In this document: positions 17,813 through 27,847 of the stretch, piece by piece
Position numbering within the stretch: the stretch's first letter is position 1
Layout of the letters: each line of letters begins with the position of its first letter
Source: Patescibacteria group bacterium
GTDB lineage: Bacteria > Patescibacteriota > Microgenomatia > UBA1400 > PJMF01
DNA length: 64,000 bases
Direction of reading: 5' to 3'
Assembly: GCA_045541795.1 (NCBI GenBank)
Contig: JAZQJV010000018.1
Coordinates: 118,236 to 182,235 of the forward strand
Translations under genes and position numbers: made by a program
The notes under the pieces: model-generated
What the model saw: only the letters and a program-made list of their open reading frames with translations
The model's database searches: none
What the model was told of the DNA's origin: nothing

Positions 17813-18772
17813 GTGTGTATGAGAGATTTAAGTCAATATGAAGTATTAAATCCAGGTTTTGAGACGAAAGTTCTTGAAGAGTTAGAACCCAATCAAGCAG
17901 TGATTGAGATCTCGCCGCTGATGAATGGCTACGGTCACACCATCGGTAATGCTCTCCGCCGTGTTTTGCTGACCTCCTTAGTGGGCAGTGCGATCACGAG
18001 CGTGAAATTTGCTGATTCTGACCATCCCTATACTGGTGTGGATGGCTTGAGCGATGATTTGCTCAACATTATCCTTAATCTCAAGCAAGTAGTCATCCGT
18101 GGTGATTCTGACGAACGAGTCAATATCAGTCTAGATGTAGTCGGTCCCAAAGTCGTCACTGCTGGCGATATTCAAGTGCCGGCTGGCTTTGAGATCATCA
18201 ATAAAGATCTGGTGATTACCGAAATTGTCACTGATAAAGCTTTCAATGTCGAAATGGAAGTAGAAAGTGGCTTCGGCTATCGTATGGCTCCGGAAAAAGC
18301 CAAATCCTTGATCGGCCAGATAGATATTGATGCGCTCTTTTCTCCTGTCGCGACTGTGTCTTACAAAGTGGAAGAAACTCGTGTCGGCCGTCAGACTGAC
18401 TATGATCGTCTACTTTTAACTGTCAAGACCAAAGGTACGCTCACACCCTTAGAAGCGGTACAGCAGGGCGCACAGATCTTGGCGAAGCAATTCACTCAGA
18501 TCTTTGACCCAGTGGCCTTAGATCCAAGCAAACAAGATTTCTCGCAACGCAAATTTGATCCTAAGGAGGCTAAGATTATGCTCTTGACGGTGGAAGAGTT
18601 GGAACTGCCCACTAGATTGAGTAATGCCTTGCGGCGTGCTGGCTTTAAGACAGTCTATGATTTACTAAGTACCCAAAAGAGCGTTATTGCTAAGGTTAAA
18701 AACCTCGGTGCCAAGAGTATTGGCATCATTGAAGAAGCCTTAGCTGCTCACGGAGTGAAGCTGGAGGATTAA
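17813..18772 (+). CDS. rpoA: DNA-directed RNA polymerase alpha subunit
   Basis: RpoA N-terminal domain motifs (GYGHTIGNALRRVLL) and a C-terminal domain. Confidence 0.9.
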   Translation: MCMRDLSQYEVLNPGFETKVLEELEPNQAVIEISPLMNGYGHTIGNALRRVLLTSLVGSAITSVKFADSDHPYTGVDGLSDDLLNIILNLKQVVIRGDSDERVNISLDVVGPKVVTAGDIQVPAGFEIINKDLVITEIVTDKAFNVEMEVESGFGYRMAPEKAKSLIGQIDIDALFSPVATVSYKVEETRVGRQTDYDRLLLTVKTKGTLTPLEAVQQGAQILAKQFTQIFDPVALDPSKQDFSQRKFDPKEAKIMLLTVEELELPTRLSNALRRAGFKTVYDLLSTQKSVIAKVKNLGAKSIGIIEEALAAHGVKLED

Positions 18773-18774
18773 TT

Positions 18775-19353
18775 ATGAGACACCGCCTAAATAAAAAATC
18801 ATTCAATCGTGACACCAAATCCAGAAGAGCACTTTTGCACGGCGTTGCTGTCGCTGTCTTAGAACATGGCGAAATTATCACCACCAAACCCAAGGGTAAG
18901 GAGGCAAGTAAACTGATTGACAAGGTCATTTCTAAAGCCAAAAAAGGCGATCTGGCCTCCCGCCGACAACTACACCGCATTTTCGGCAGCCGTCAAGTGG
19001 TCAATAATCTGTGCGATCGGGTAGCTCCTGTGTTTGCCAATCGGCAATCTGGCTTTTCTCGCTTGGTATTTTACGGCAATCGTCGCGGTGATAACACGCC
19101 GATGTACCGTTTGAGCCTGGTGGAAGTATTACCCGCTCCCAAGAAAAGTGAAAAGCAAACTTCGCCGGTAAAAACAGCTAAGGCAACTAGTAAGTCAACC
19201 GCGAGCGCTCATGTCCATGACGACCAGGCAAAAAAGGCAGTTAAGACTGACCAAGGCAAGGCAGAAAAAGTGACCAATAAAATCGGTAATCTAGTGCGCC
19301 GTTCTACCAATCGGAATCGGTCTACAGCTAGCGGCGGTGGCAGAGGGAAATAA
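18775..19353 (+). CDS. rplQ: Ribosomal protein L17 with a Lys/Ala-rich C-terminal extension
   Basis: MRHRLNKKSFNR...SRQLHRIFG matches L17. The roughly 60-aa basic tail is unusual. Confidence 0.9.
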   Translation: MRHRLNKKSFNRDTKSRRALLHGVAVAVLEHGEIITTKPKGKEASKLIDKVISKAKKGDLASRRQLHRIFGSRQVVNNLCDRVAPVFANRQSGFSRLVFYGNRRGDNTPMYRLSLVEVLPAPKKSEKQTSPVKTAKATSKSTASAHVHDDQAKKAVKTDQGKAEKVTNKIGNLVRRSTNRNRSTASGGGRGK

Positions 19354-19355
19354 CT

Positions 19356-19787
19356 ATGCAAATCAGACATCAAAAAACGACAACGCTTAAACAAAAACAA
19401 GTGAAAAGAAATTGGCACTTGCTTGACGGCGATAATAAAGTCTTAGGACAGTTAGCCACTCAAATTGTGGAGTTACTTATGGGTAAACAAAAACCCACTT
19501 ATACTCCTAATATTGACGATGGCGACTACGTGGTGGTGGTGAATGCCTCAAACGTGGTCGTTACCGGCAACAAAGCTGATAAGAAAATCTACACTCACCA
19601 CTCCAATTATCCTGGGGGGCTAGTTAGCGAGAGCTTCCGCTCTTTGCAATCTCGTGACCCGGAGGCGGTTATCCGCTTGGCTGTCAAACGGATGCTACCA
19701 GATAACAAATTGCGCGACGTCCGCTTGGGACGGCTCAAGGTTTTTCCGGGATCGGAGCATTCTTATCAGAATTTTATAAAGGAATAA
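19356..19787 (+). CDS. rplM: Ribosomal protein L13
   Basis: KRNWHLLDGDNKVLGQLAT... matches L13. Confidence 0.9.
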   Translation: MQIRHQKTTTLKQKQVKRNWHLLDGDNKVLGQLATQIVELLMGKQKPTYTPNIDDGDYVVVVNASNVVVTGNKADKKIYTHHSNYPGGLVSESFRSLQSRDPEAVIRLAVKRMLPDNKLRDVRLGRLKVFPGSEHSYQNFIKE

Positions 19788-19793
19788 AAGCGT

Positions 19794-20297
19794 ATGGCGA
19801 TCAAGAAAAACAAAAAATCAGTAGCGCAAAAAGTGGTCAAGAAAGAAAAACCAAAAATCATGACTAAATCTGGTCGTGGCGCGGTAGCTATGGCTTCGCC
19901 CAAGGGCGAATACGTGGCTGCGGTGGGTCGCAGACGTACCTCTACAGCTCGCATCCGCCTCTATCCTCGTCCTGGTGATTTTGTCGTTAACGGCGTGCCC
20001 GCAGGCAAGTATTTTGAGAATATTCCCAATGCGGCCACATATTACAATCGCCCGTTTGCAATCACCAATTGTCTGGGACGTTTTGCGGTGACAGTCAAAG
20101 TCACTGGCGGCGGTAAAAACGGCCAACTGGGCGCGCTTGCTCACGGCTTGGCTCGAGCTTTGGTAAAAATGAATCCAGATTATCATGAATTATTTAAAGA
20201 TTCTTCCTTGCTTACACGTGATGACCGGATGAAAGAAAGCCGCAAGATCGGCACTGGCGGTAAGGCTCGCCGCAAACGGCAATCTCCAAAGCGCTAA
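19794..20297 (+). CDS. rpsI: Ribosomal protein S9 with a basic N-terminal extension
   Basis: The C-terminal motif GGGKNGQ...GTGGKARRKRQSPKR matches S9. Confidence 0.9.
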   Translation: MAIKKNKKSVAQKVVKKEKPKIMTKSGRGAVAMASPKGEYVAAVGRRRTSTARIRLYPRPGDFVVNGVPAGKYFENIPNAATYYNRPFAITNCLGRFAVTVKVTGGGKNGQLGALAHGLARALVKMNPDYHELFKDSSLLTRDDRMKESRKIGTGGKARRKRQSPKR

Positions 20298-20322
20298 TAC
20301 ATTGCAAAAGCCAACATCAAAA

Positions 20323-20345
20323 CCCACCAGATACGGTGGGTTTTT
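20323..20345 (+). terminator. Rho-independent terminator after rpsI
   Basis: cccacc, loop agatac, ggtggg, then ttttt. Confidence 0.65.
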
Positions 20346-20389
20346 AAATTGCCTGCCCACAGCCCGCTTTTTGTGGTACAATCAGGAGT

Positions 20390-22195
20390 ATGCAGTTTAG
20401 TAAATTAAGCCAGACGCTACTTGACATCGAAGCAATCAACGCGCGCTTGCAAATCACTCAGATTTTATCAAAACTCTGGCCGCAGCTGGACGAGCGTGAA
20501 TTATGGCAAGCTGCCAACCTTATCCAGGGACAATTACAACCGCCCTATGAACAGCTTGTTTTTAGTCTGTCCGTGAAAATGATCGCCCGCGCTCTGGTGC
20601 AGCTGGCGCTCGCCAATGGTGGCTTGGCTGGCGGCGTAAGTGTGGATTTATTTGGGCAAGCTGATGAACAGTCACTTACTGATCAAATTAAAGCGATACA
20701 TCGCCGTTTTGGTGACTGGGGCGAGACGGCAGCGTCAGTGCACACCGAGCTTTTTGGTGCAAAAGGCTCTAATTTGAGCATTAATGATGTGTATACCAGA
20801 CTGACCGCGATTGCCAAGATCAGTGGCGACGGTTCACAACAGGCTAAGCTTGATGCCTTGGTCTCTTTACTGTCTGCAATTGATGCCTCGAGTGCTAAAT
20901 TTGTGATCAGGATGGTGATCGGCAAACTGCGTTTGGGTTTTTCTACGATGACGATTTTAGACAGCCTTTCGTGGGCGGTTTGCGGTGATAAATCCGAAAG
21001 CAAACTGCTAGAAAGCGCCTGGCAAAAAAAAGCTGATGTTGGCTTACTGGCGGCCGCCTACTTGCCACTGCAAAACCTCACGCCGCTCAAGCGCCGGGAA
21101 AAATTAGCTGCAGACTATCACGCGAGCGTGGGCGTACCTTTAGTGCCGGCTTTGTGCCAACGGCTCAATTCTACCACTGACATCATCGAAAAGGTGGGCG
21201 CTACCATCGCTGAGCCTAAATATGATGGCATGCGCATCCAAATTCACGTCCGCCGTCAGGGTGGGCTGCAAGTTTTTGCTTTCACCAGGAGTTTGGAAAA
21301 TGTTTCTCACATGTTTCCAGAGCTACAAGAATTTGCCAGTAGCCTCGATGTGGATGCCGCCATTTTTGACTCAGAAGCTGTGGGCTTTAATGCTCACACC
21401 GGGCAGATGTTGCCTTTCCAAGAGACCATTAGTCGGCGTCGGCTTCACGACGTCGATCAAAAAGCTCAGTCCATCAAAATGAAATTTTTCATTTTTGACG
21501 TTTTACTTTTAAATGAGCAGGAACTCATCACGACGCCCTTGGCTGAGCGCAAAAAACTACTGCGCCAAACAGTTGCCGATAGCGACGTCGCGCAGGTGAC
21601 GAGTTTTATCGTCACTAGTGATCCCGGACAGCTGCGCCAGTTCCATGAACGCCAGCTCCAGCTTGGTCTGGAGGGGATGGTGGCCAAAGGGGAGAGCAGT
21701 GATTATCAAAGCGGCCGCAAAGGCTGGCACTGGGTCAAGATTAAAGAAGCAGAAGGTACTCGTGGCAAGCTCAATGACACCCTTGATTTAGTAGTCATGG
21801 GTTATTATTATGGTCAGGGCCGGCGGCATGATATGGGCGTGGGAGCGATTCTTACAGGCGTGTTGGCAGATAATGGTGATATTGTCACGATCAGCAAAAT
21901 CGGCACCGGCTTTACTGATGAAAATCTTTCTTCCTTCCACTCTCAAGCAGAAAATTACCGTACAGATACCAAGCCCACCGACTACCAAGTAGGCAAGCAG
22001 CTGATACCGGATGTGTGGTTGAGGCCGCACCTAGTAGCCGAAATTGCTGCTGACGAGCTTACTCGCTCTACCATGCATACAAGCGGCTACGGCCTCCGTT
22101 TCCCCCGCATTATCCGGTGGCGAGACGATAAAACCGCTGCTCAAGCTACCACCCGCAGCGAGCTGGCATCCATTACTATAGATAAAGGAGATTAA
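20390..22195 (+). CDS. ATP-dependent DNA ligase
   Basis: Adenylation motif I is KYDGMR (KxDG), within a 601-aa eukaryotic/archaeal-type ligase architecture. Confidence 0.75.
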   Translation: MQFSKLSQTLLDIEAINARLQITQILSKLWPQLDERELWQAANLIQGQLQPPYEQLVFSLSVKMIARALVQLALANGGLAGGVSVDLFGQADEQSLTDQIKAIHRRFGDWGETAASVHTELFGAKGSNLSINDVYTRLTAIAKISGDGSQQAKLDALVSLLSAIDASSAKFVIRMVIGKLRLGFSTMTILDSLSWAVCGDKSESKLLESAWQKKADVGLLAAAYLPLQNLTPLKRREKLAADYHASVGVPLVPALCQRLNSTTDIIEKVGATIAEPKYDGMRIQIHVRRQGGLQVFAFTRSLENVSHMFPELQEFASSLDVDAAIFDSEAVGFNAHTGQMLPFQETISRRRLHDVDQKAQSIKMKFFIFDVLLLNEQELITTPLAERKKLLRQTVADSDVAQVTSFIVTSDPGQLRQFHERQLQLGLEGMVAKGESSDYQSGRKGWHWVKIKEAEGTRGKLNDTLDLVVMGYYYGQGRRHDMGVGAILTGVLADNGDIVTISKIGTGFTDENLSSFHSQAENYRTDTKPTDYQVGKQLIPDVWLRPHLVAEIAADELTRSTMHTSGYGLRFPRIIRWRDDKTAAQATTRSELASITIDKGD

Positions 22196-22196
22196 A

Positions 22197-23384
22197 ATGC
22201 GCATTGCGATGTTTACTGATACCTTTTACCCCAAAAATGATGGCATGTCTACCAGTACGCAGCATCTGGCCGTCAGTTTAGCTGCCTCTGGTCATCAGGT
22301 CTTGATTGTCGCTCCCAAAGTTCACCGTTCTTCCCTCGATTTTACTCTTCCTGGCGTGCAAATCGTCTGGCTTACTTCCATTCCCGCGGGATTATATCCT
22401 GATCTACGCCTTGCTTCCTGGTCACCGCGCCTCCACAAAAAGCTCCACGACTTCGCGCCAGAAGTTATCCACGTCATGTCACCGATGCCAGTTAGTCTGA
22501 CGGGCATGGCTTACGCCAAAGTACAGCGCCTACCTATCGTCATGACTTTTCACACTTATTTTATGGATCCCGAATACCTCAAAGTCATTCATATAGATAA
22601 ATCCAGTCGGTCAAAATTTGTGGAAGAACTGGGCTGGGATTTGGCCAAAACTGTCCACGCTCGCGCCGATGTCACTATTGCTCCCACAGACTTTGTCGCC
22701 GCCGACCTCAAAAAGCGCAATTTCAAGCAGCCCATCCTCACTATCCCCAGCGGCGTGCAGATCAAAAAAAAACCTCTCTCACGAGAAAAAATCGCCAACC
22801 TGCGTCAATCACTAGGGATTAGTGATGATAAACGGGTGATAGTTAGTATTGGGCGTGTCAGTCAAGAAAAAAACCTGCGCGGTCTGCTGCGGGTGTTTCA
22901 AGCAGCACACCGTGAAGTCCCAGAAGCTTGCCTGCTGGTAGTCGGCGGCGGGCCTGATCTCGAAGCTGTCAAAAAGTACGCCGCTAAACTCGATCTTGCA
23001 GATAGTGTCATTTTCACCGGCGATGTCCCTCACGAAAAAGTTTTGAGCGCTGGTTATTACGCACTGGGTGAATTTTTCACCACCGCCAGCATGAGCGAAA
23101 CTCAAGGCATGACGAGCGTCGAAGCTCAGATATACGGTTTACCAGTAGTGGCTTATCACTCTAAAGGCTTACCTTTTGTCATCGGTCAAGCGGGCGTCAT
23201 GGTGACGGAAAATGACGAGTCAGCTTTGGCGAGGGCAATGATAGATTTGCTGTGTCAGCCGCATCAACTGGAAGCGTTGCGTGAAAAAGTCACTGCCAAC
23301 TTAGCTCGCTTTGACATTAACCATACTACTAAACAAATTGTAGAAGGCTACGAGCTGGCGCTGACAATTAATCATTCCCAATAA
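22197..23384 (+). CDS. Glycosyltransferase family 4
   Basis: GT-B fold with the GT4 signature E..G...E (ETQGMTSVEAQIYGLPVV). Confidence 0.7.
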   Translation: MRIAMFTDTFYPKNDGMSTSTQHLAVSLAASGHQVLIVAPKVHRSSLDFTLPGVQIVWLTSIPAGLYPDLRLASWSPRLHKKLHDFAPEVIHVMSPMPVSLTGMAYAKVQRLPIVMTFHTYFMDPEYLKVIHIDKSSRSKFVEELGWDLAKTVHARADVTIAPTDFVAADLKKRNFKQPILTIPSGVQIKKKPLSREKIANLRQSLGISDDKRVIVSIGRVSQEKNLRGLLRVFQAAHREVPEACLLVVGGGPDLEAVKKYAAKLDLADSVIFTGDVPHEKVLSAGYYALGEFFTTASMSETQGMTSVEAQIYGLPVVAYHSKGLPFVIGQAGVMVTENDESALARAMIDLLCQPHQLEALREKVTANLARFDINHTTKQIVEGYELALTINHSQ

Positions 23385-23781
23385 GATCGGCAAGACTGTC
23401 AACTTTTTTCGGCATAGTCTTGCTCATCACTGTCCACATCCGGATTTGTTTGGGATCTTCGCTAAAGTCAGCGTCAGTGACCTCACTGGTGGCGACTGCA
23501 AGACTATCGCTGCTGTCCTGCACTGCTACTTCTACCCGGCACATCCCCAGCGGGTGCAAATCACTGGCAAAAGTTCGCAAGAAAATCAGTTTACCACCTT
23601 TTTTCTGATAAGCAAAACGTTCCGGCTTAGTGACGGTACTAGCTATTCTTTCAATGAACTCATCAGGATCTTGATTGGCGTTAATGGCGATCATTTTGTC
23701 CTTTTTGTGCGCAATTTGTAAAATTATGTTCACTTTTTCCAGATGTAGGTGTTTAACATTTGTTAAACATTTGTTTAACAA
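23368..23781 (-). CDS. Hypothetical protein of uncertain reality
   Basis: ORF only. It overlaps the GT4 3' end by 17 nt and has no motif. Confidence 0.2.
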   Translation of the reverse strand: MLNKCLTNVKHLHLEKVNIILQIAHKKDKMIAINANQDPDEFIERIASTVTKPERFAYQKKGGKLIFLRTFASDLHPLGMCRVEVAVQDSSDSLAVATSEVTDADFSEDPKQIRMWTVMSKTMPKKVDSLADLIGND

Positions 23782-23816
23782 ACTGCCAAACGCATTGATA
23801 AATTTTACCTACCAAT

Positions 23817-23893
23817 TGGTGACTCCAGAGGGATTCGAACCCTCGATCTTTTGGATGAAAACCAAATATCCTGGACCGCTAGACGATGGAGCC
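23817..23893 (-). tRNA. tRNA-Glu(UUC), CCA encoded
   Basis: The reverse complement reads GGCTCCATCGTCTAGCGGTCCAGGAT..TTTGG-TTTTCAT-CCAAA..GAGGGTTCGAATCCCTCTGGAGTCACCA. It has a 7-bp acceptor stem with one G-U pair, a TCGTCTAG D-arm typical of tRNA-Glu, anticodon TTC and a GGTTCGAATCC T-arm. Confidence 0.85.
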
Positions 23894-23956
23894 AGCTTTC
23901 AAAGAACTCACATATTATATCACATTTCCTGCCAAAAGCAAGAGGAAAAACGAAGA

Positions 23957-26050
23957 TTATGGCTTATTTTTGGTTTTGACCGCTGATTTGCTTTTTAGCG
24001 CAAATAGTAAACTGAGCACGCACTCCTTAATGCTTGGCCGATGATAGGCACGAGCACACACATTTTTTTTATCAAATGTCAGCCGTCGAAACGTAAAATG
24101 ACGTTCGCGTTCCAATAAAAAACGTAAAATTTTCTCGCTGGCCACTCCGGCGGCCACATATGCAGTACTGCCGAGCTGCGGCATCGCGACGCCAAAAGGA
24201 GTAATTTTTTGTCCTCGCACATACAAACCCATTTCATCACGCACGGCATTTTCTAGTCCCACCATCCGTGCTGCCACTTGCAAAAAATCACCTGAGAGCA
24301 TAGCTTGGAGTTTATCGTCACCAAGCCCAAACACCAGCGACTCACCACGCTTAGCGGCATCACTATTTTGGAAGGTAAGCTGAGCGATAGAGCCTACGTC
24401 AGATACCGCCACCACCGCCACGTTTTCTTTCCGGGCAATTTCGAGAATCGCCAATTTATCTTTGAGCGTATCTATCGCTTCTACCACTACGTCCACTTTT
24501 TGACCGGTAATGCCACCGGTCAGCCAGACAGTAAGGTTTTCTCGGTGAAAGCCATCGGCAGATAAATAAATGATTTGCGTGGGGTCTTGACGATGCAGAC
24601 GTCTGGCAAAATCCACACTTTTGGTGTCATGACTGGCGGCATCCAAAACGTCATAATTGGTGCGGTTAAAATTGGTAACATTTGGTCCTTTGGGATCACC
24701 GATACTTAGGTATCCGATCCGGCCGTCGCGGATCAAGTTTTCTGCCGTGGCGCTAGCCACACTTGCTCCGGCCACCAGTACGTGGGCCCGTGCAAAAATC
24801 AAACGAGCCTCCAGCCAAGAAATCGAGTAGGCACGGTCTTGTAGCAGCTGACCTGGGCTGGAGTTGAGTGCCAATTTCCAGGCCGGCAAAGGAGGGAATT
24901 GTACAACTGCTTCCAGTTGTCCGGTACGCGTAAAATAAAAGCCAAAAAACCCGTAATTCATTTTGTCGGTCAAATGCTCCCAAGCACTAAATTGCTCCGC
25001 TAAATATCGTGCCACCGGACCTTTGTCTGTAGAGAGGTTCTCTTTGAGTTTAGCGTAAGTACTCTCGACTAAAGTATAAAACTTGCCGCCTACATTTTCA
25101 AAAGTTTGCCCGGCAAAATTGACACTTAAATGCTGATCGCTCAGATCAAAAATCCGCGCGCTGGCTACTTCTTCCCATGACATCAAAATCGGACGTCCGG
25201 GATAAAAAGTGGCTGGATGAGCGAGTTTGTCTCGTACAAAGCTCAAATTCCATTCGTTGGTAATCAGCTCCTGCCAGATGTACTCGTCGCCAGCTGACGG
25301 CATATTAGTTGTATTTTCGCCTTGATTTTCGGTTTTATTTATACGGTCACTGCGTAAAGCAATTTCGTATGGTCTGCAGTTGTGGAAGTATCGCGGCCAA
25401 TGTGCCAGCATAAATCTCGTCTGCTCGTTGTCTGCAAGTTTGGCCTGCGCCATTTCCCGAGCCTCAATCCCGCACCGATCCATAAATGCTTTCACATTGG
25501 TGCTCATCGTGCAAGCCAACCATGATTTGGGCATATCTAAGTCTGCTGTTAAAGTCTGCACGAGACCATGTAAAATCTGGATTCTTAGCTCGTCATCATG
25601 AGTGAGGTCAAAATAAGGATGAAAGGCCAGTCGTTCAAATTCATAAGGTACTTGCCCGGTTTTTTGGTACGGCCAGCCGTCAGGCATTGTAAAAAACTGG
25701 AAGAGTTCAAGCCTCTCGTGCACTAGTCGTAGTGTCCCCAAAATTACACCTTGGCTGCAAGCAACTGCCGTTTTGATGTGGGCGTCACTGCCTGTTTCGT
25801 TAAAAGTCATGCGTTTGGGATCACTATTTGTCGCATAGCGGCCATTGTAAGCGACGCTTATAAGCGGTTGCAATAAAATGTAATCTGCGGGTTGGGCCAA
25901 ACGGTAAGAAATTCCCGCTTGCGCAAACGAGTTTTTTAAATTGCCCAAATTGCTAATTAAAGCCGCCGCATCCGCTAAAACTGCCTCGTCACTAGTGTGC
26001 TGTTTTAGCTTATTTAGATATAGTTGAGTGGTAGTTGGTGCAAAATTCAT
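23957..26050 (-). CDS. Large protein: an unknown N-terminal region of about 440 aa fused to a C-terminal E1/ThiF-like Rossmann domain with a degenerate Gly loop
   Basis: The C-terminal VLVAGASVASATAENLIRDGRIGYLSIGDPKGPNVTNFNRTNY aligns to the ThiF/MoeB pattern VLVVGAGGLGS...VD.D.V..SNLNRQ but lacks the glycines. The likely start is MNFAPTT at about 26050. Confidence 0.4.
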   Translation of the reverse strand: MNFAPTTTQLYLNKLKQHTSDEAVLADAAALISNLGNLKNSFAQAGISYRLAQPADYILLQPLISVAYNGRYATNSDPKRMTFNETGSDAHIKTAVACSQGVILGTLRLVHERLELFQFFTMPDGWPYQKTGQVPYEFERLAFHPYFDLTHDDELRIQILHGLVQTLTADLDMPKSWLACTMSTNVKAFMDRCGIEAREMAQAKLADNEQTRFMLAHWPRYFHNCRPYEIALRSDRINKTENQGENTTNMPSAGDEYIWQELITNEWNLSFVRDKLAHPATFYPGRPILMSWEEVASARIFDLSDQHLSVNFAGQTFENVGGKFYTLVESTYAKLKENLSTDKGPVARYLAEQFSAWEHLTDKMNYGFFGFYFTRTGQLEAVVQFPPLPAWKLALNSSPGQLLQDRAYSISWLEARLIFARAHVLVAGASVASATAENLIRDGRIGYLSIGDPKGPNVTNFNRTNYDVLDAASHDTKSVDFARRLHRQDPTQIIYLSADGFHRENLTVWLTGGITGQKVDVVVEAIDTLKDKLAILEIARKENVAVVAVSDVGSIAQLTFQNSDAAKRGESLVFGLGDDKLQAMLSGDFLQVAARMVGLENAVRDEMGLYVRGQKITPFGVAMPQLGSTAYVAAGVASEKILRFLLERERHFTFRRLTFDKKNVCARAYHRPSIKECVLSLLFALKSKSAVKTKNKP

Positions 26051-26126
26051 ATTTGACTTTCTGTAAAATTTGTAGTACAACATTAACAATCATAAATTAG
26101 TGATGATTATAAACGAGGAACGTTAT

Positions 26127-27791
26127 ATGTCAAGGACTAAATATGAATTTGAATTATATCAGGCTGAGCCGATGGCCGACCTGAGAGAAGTTATTAATTA
26201 TGCCGCCCAAAGTTACGCCGATAAACCGGCGTTTATTTTTCAGCAGCACCTTGAGGATGAGCCAGAAAAGATCACTTTTGCTCAGTATCGGCAAGATATT
26301 AAAGAAGTCGCCTGCGGGTTGATTAGCGCGCTCCGGATTGACGTTAGTCGTCGTGACAGCAAAAAAATCGCACTGCTTGCGCCTAATAGTTACTGGTGGT
26401 CAGTCTGCTACCTGGCCGTCACTACCATCGGTCATGTCATCGTGCCTCTAGATCCTAATTTGCCTAGTGATGATTTACTATCATTTATGAAGCGCGCGGG
26501 AGTAAGTTCGGTCATTTTCACGCCTACTATCAATGATAAAATTGCCAGCCTTAAAAATTCTTTGGTCAAAATGAAGCATTACATCGCCATGGGCGAAGCC
26601 AGTGAGGCCACAATTACACTAGAAAAAGTGCGCGCTGCCGGCATCAAGCAACTGCAAAAAAATCCGGGTCTTTATGATGAGATCACTATTTTCCCAGATA
26701 GCCTGTCGACTTTGCTTTTTACCTCTGGTACCACTTCTACACCCAAAGCAGTAATGCTCACTCACAAAAACCTCGCCTCAGAGTTGGCTGGTATGCGCCA
26801 GTTTAACGACTTCCAAAACGAACGCCTACTTTCGGTACTTCCACTTTACCACTCGTATGAGTTTATGGTAGGGTTACTTTTCCCGATCTACTGCGGCTGC
26901 ACTATTTACTATTTGCCGGGCGGCTTGCGCGCTTTCACCGATCAACTCGAGCGTGTTCGGCCGACAGTGATGGTCTTAGTACCTTTGGTGATCGAGGAAG
27001 CCTACCGCCGGGTACGAGCAAGTTTGGATGATCCCGAAGATCACGAGGCCTTGGCGGCAGCCCTAAAAAATTACTACGGCGGACAACTGACGAGAATCAT
27101 TGATGGCGGCGCGCCTATCAATAGTGACATCGCCGAGATTTACGACCGCTCCGGCATCAAGCTCCTGCAAGGCTACGGCATCACGGAATGCTCACCAGTA
27201 GTTTCCATGAATCCAGACCGCTATTACAAACCACGCAGTATCGGTATGCCGTTGCCCAATATCCGGGTGAAGATTTTTGAGCCCGATAGTGAGGGAGTGG
27301 GGGAAGTCATCGTGCGCGGGCTCACAGTCATGCTTGGCTACTATAAAGATGAGCGCAAAACTGATCAAGCCATCATTGACAATTGGTTGCACACGGGTGA
27401 TTATGGCCGCTTCGATGAAGATGGTTTTCTCTATGTGGTGGGGCGCAAAAAAAACGTTATCATCGGTAAAAACGCCAAGAAAATCTACCCGGAAGAAGTA
27501 GAATATCATCTCACCTGCTGCCCGGAAATTCGTGAGGCGATGGTTTACGGTCAGGCAGTAGATGATGATACCAAAGTCGCGGCTTTACTGGTGATTGACG
27601 AGGATAATTTCCGCCGTTACCACAGCGAACTCGGCTCTAAGCCGACACCTGAACAAATCCAAAAAGTGATGGCGGGAGTAATTGAAGCTGTCAACCAGGC
27701 GAATGTCAAATACAAGCGCATCTATAATTGGCAGATTGTCACCGCCTTACCGCGGACAGCAACAGGTAAAATAAAAAGGAATCAAGTTTGA
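26127..27791 (+). CDS. Acyl-adenylate-forming enzyme (ANL superfamily; long-chain fatty-acid CoA ligase / FAAL-like)
   Basis: Core motifs TSGTTSTPKAV, GYGITE, TGDYGRFDEDGFLYVVGRKK and a C-terminal GKIKR. An SD (acgaggaa) lies upstream. The gene is divergent from the E1-like gene across a 76-bp gap. Confidence 0.75.
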   Translation: MSRTKYEFELYQAEPMADLREVINYAAQSYADKPAFIFQQHLEDEPEKITFAQYRQDIKEVACGLISALRIDVSRRDSKKIALLAPNSYWWSVCYLAVTTIGHVIVPLDPNLPSDDLLSFMKRAGVSSVIFTPTINDKIASLKNSLVKMKHYIAMGEASEATITLEKVRAAGIKQLQKNPGLYDEITIFPDSLSTLLFTSGTTSTPKAVMLTHKNLASELAGMRQFNDFQNERLLSVLPLYHSYEFMVGLLFPIYCGCTIYYLPGGLRAFTDQLERVRPTVMVLVPLVIEEAYRRVRASLDDPEDHEALAAALKNYYGGQLTRIIDGGAPINSDIAEIYDRSGIKLLQGYGITECSPVVSMNPDRYYKPRSIGMPLPNIRVKIFEPDSEGVGEVIVRGLTVMLGYYKDERKTDQAIIDNWLHTGDYGRFDEDGFLYVVGRKKNVIIGKNAKKIYPEEVEYHLTCCPEIREAMVYGQAVDDDTKVAALLVIDEDNFRRYHSELGSKPTPEQIQKVMAGVIEAVNQANVKYKRIYNWQIVTALPRTATGKIKRNQV

Positions 27792-27847
27792 GCTTGCATT
27801 TTGCGCGCAAACGTTATATAATATTAAAAAGTTGTCTGAAAGGGGTT

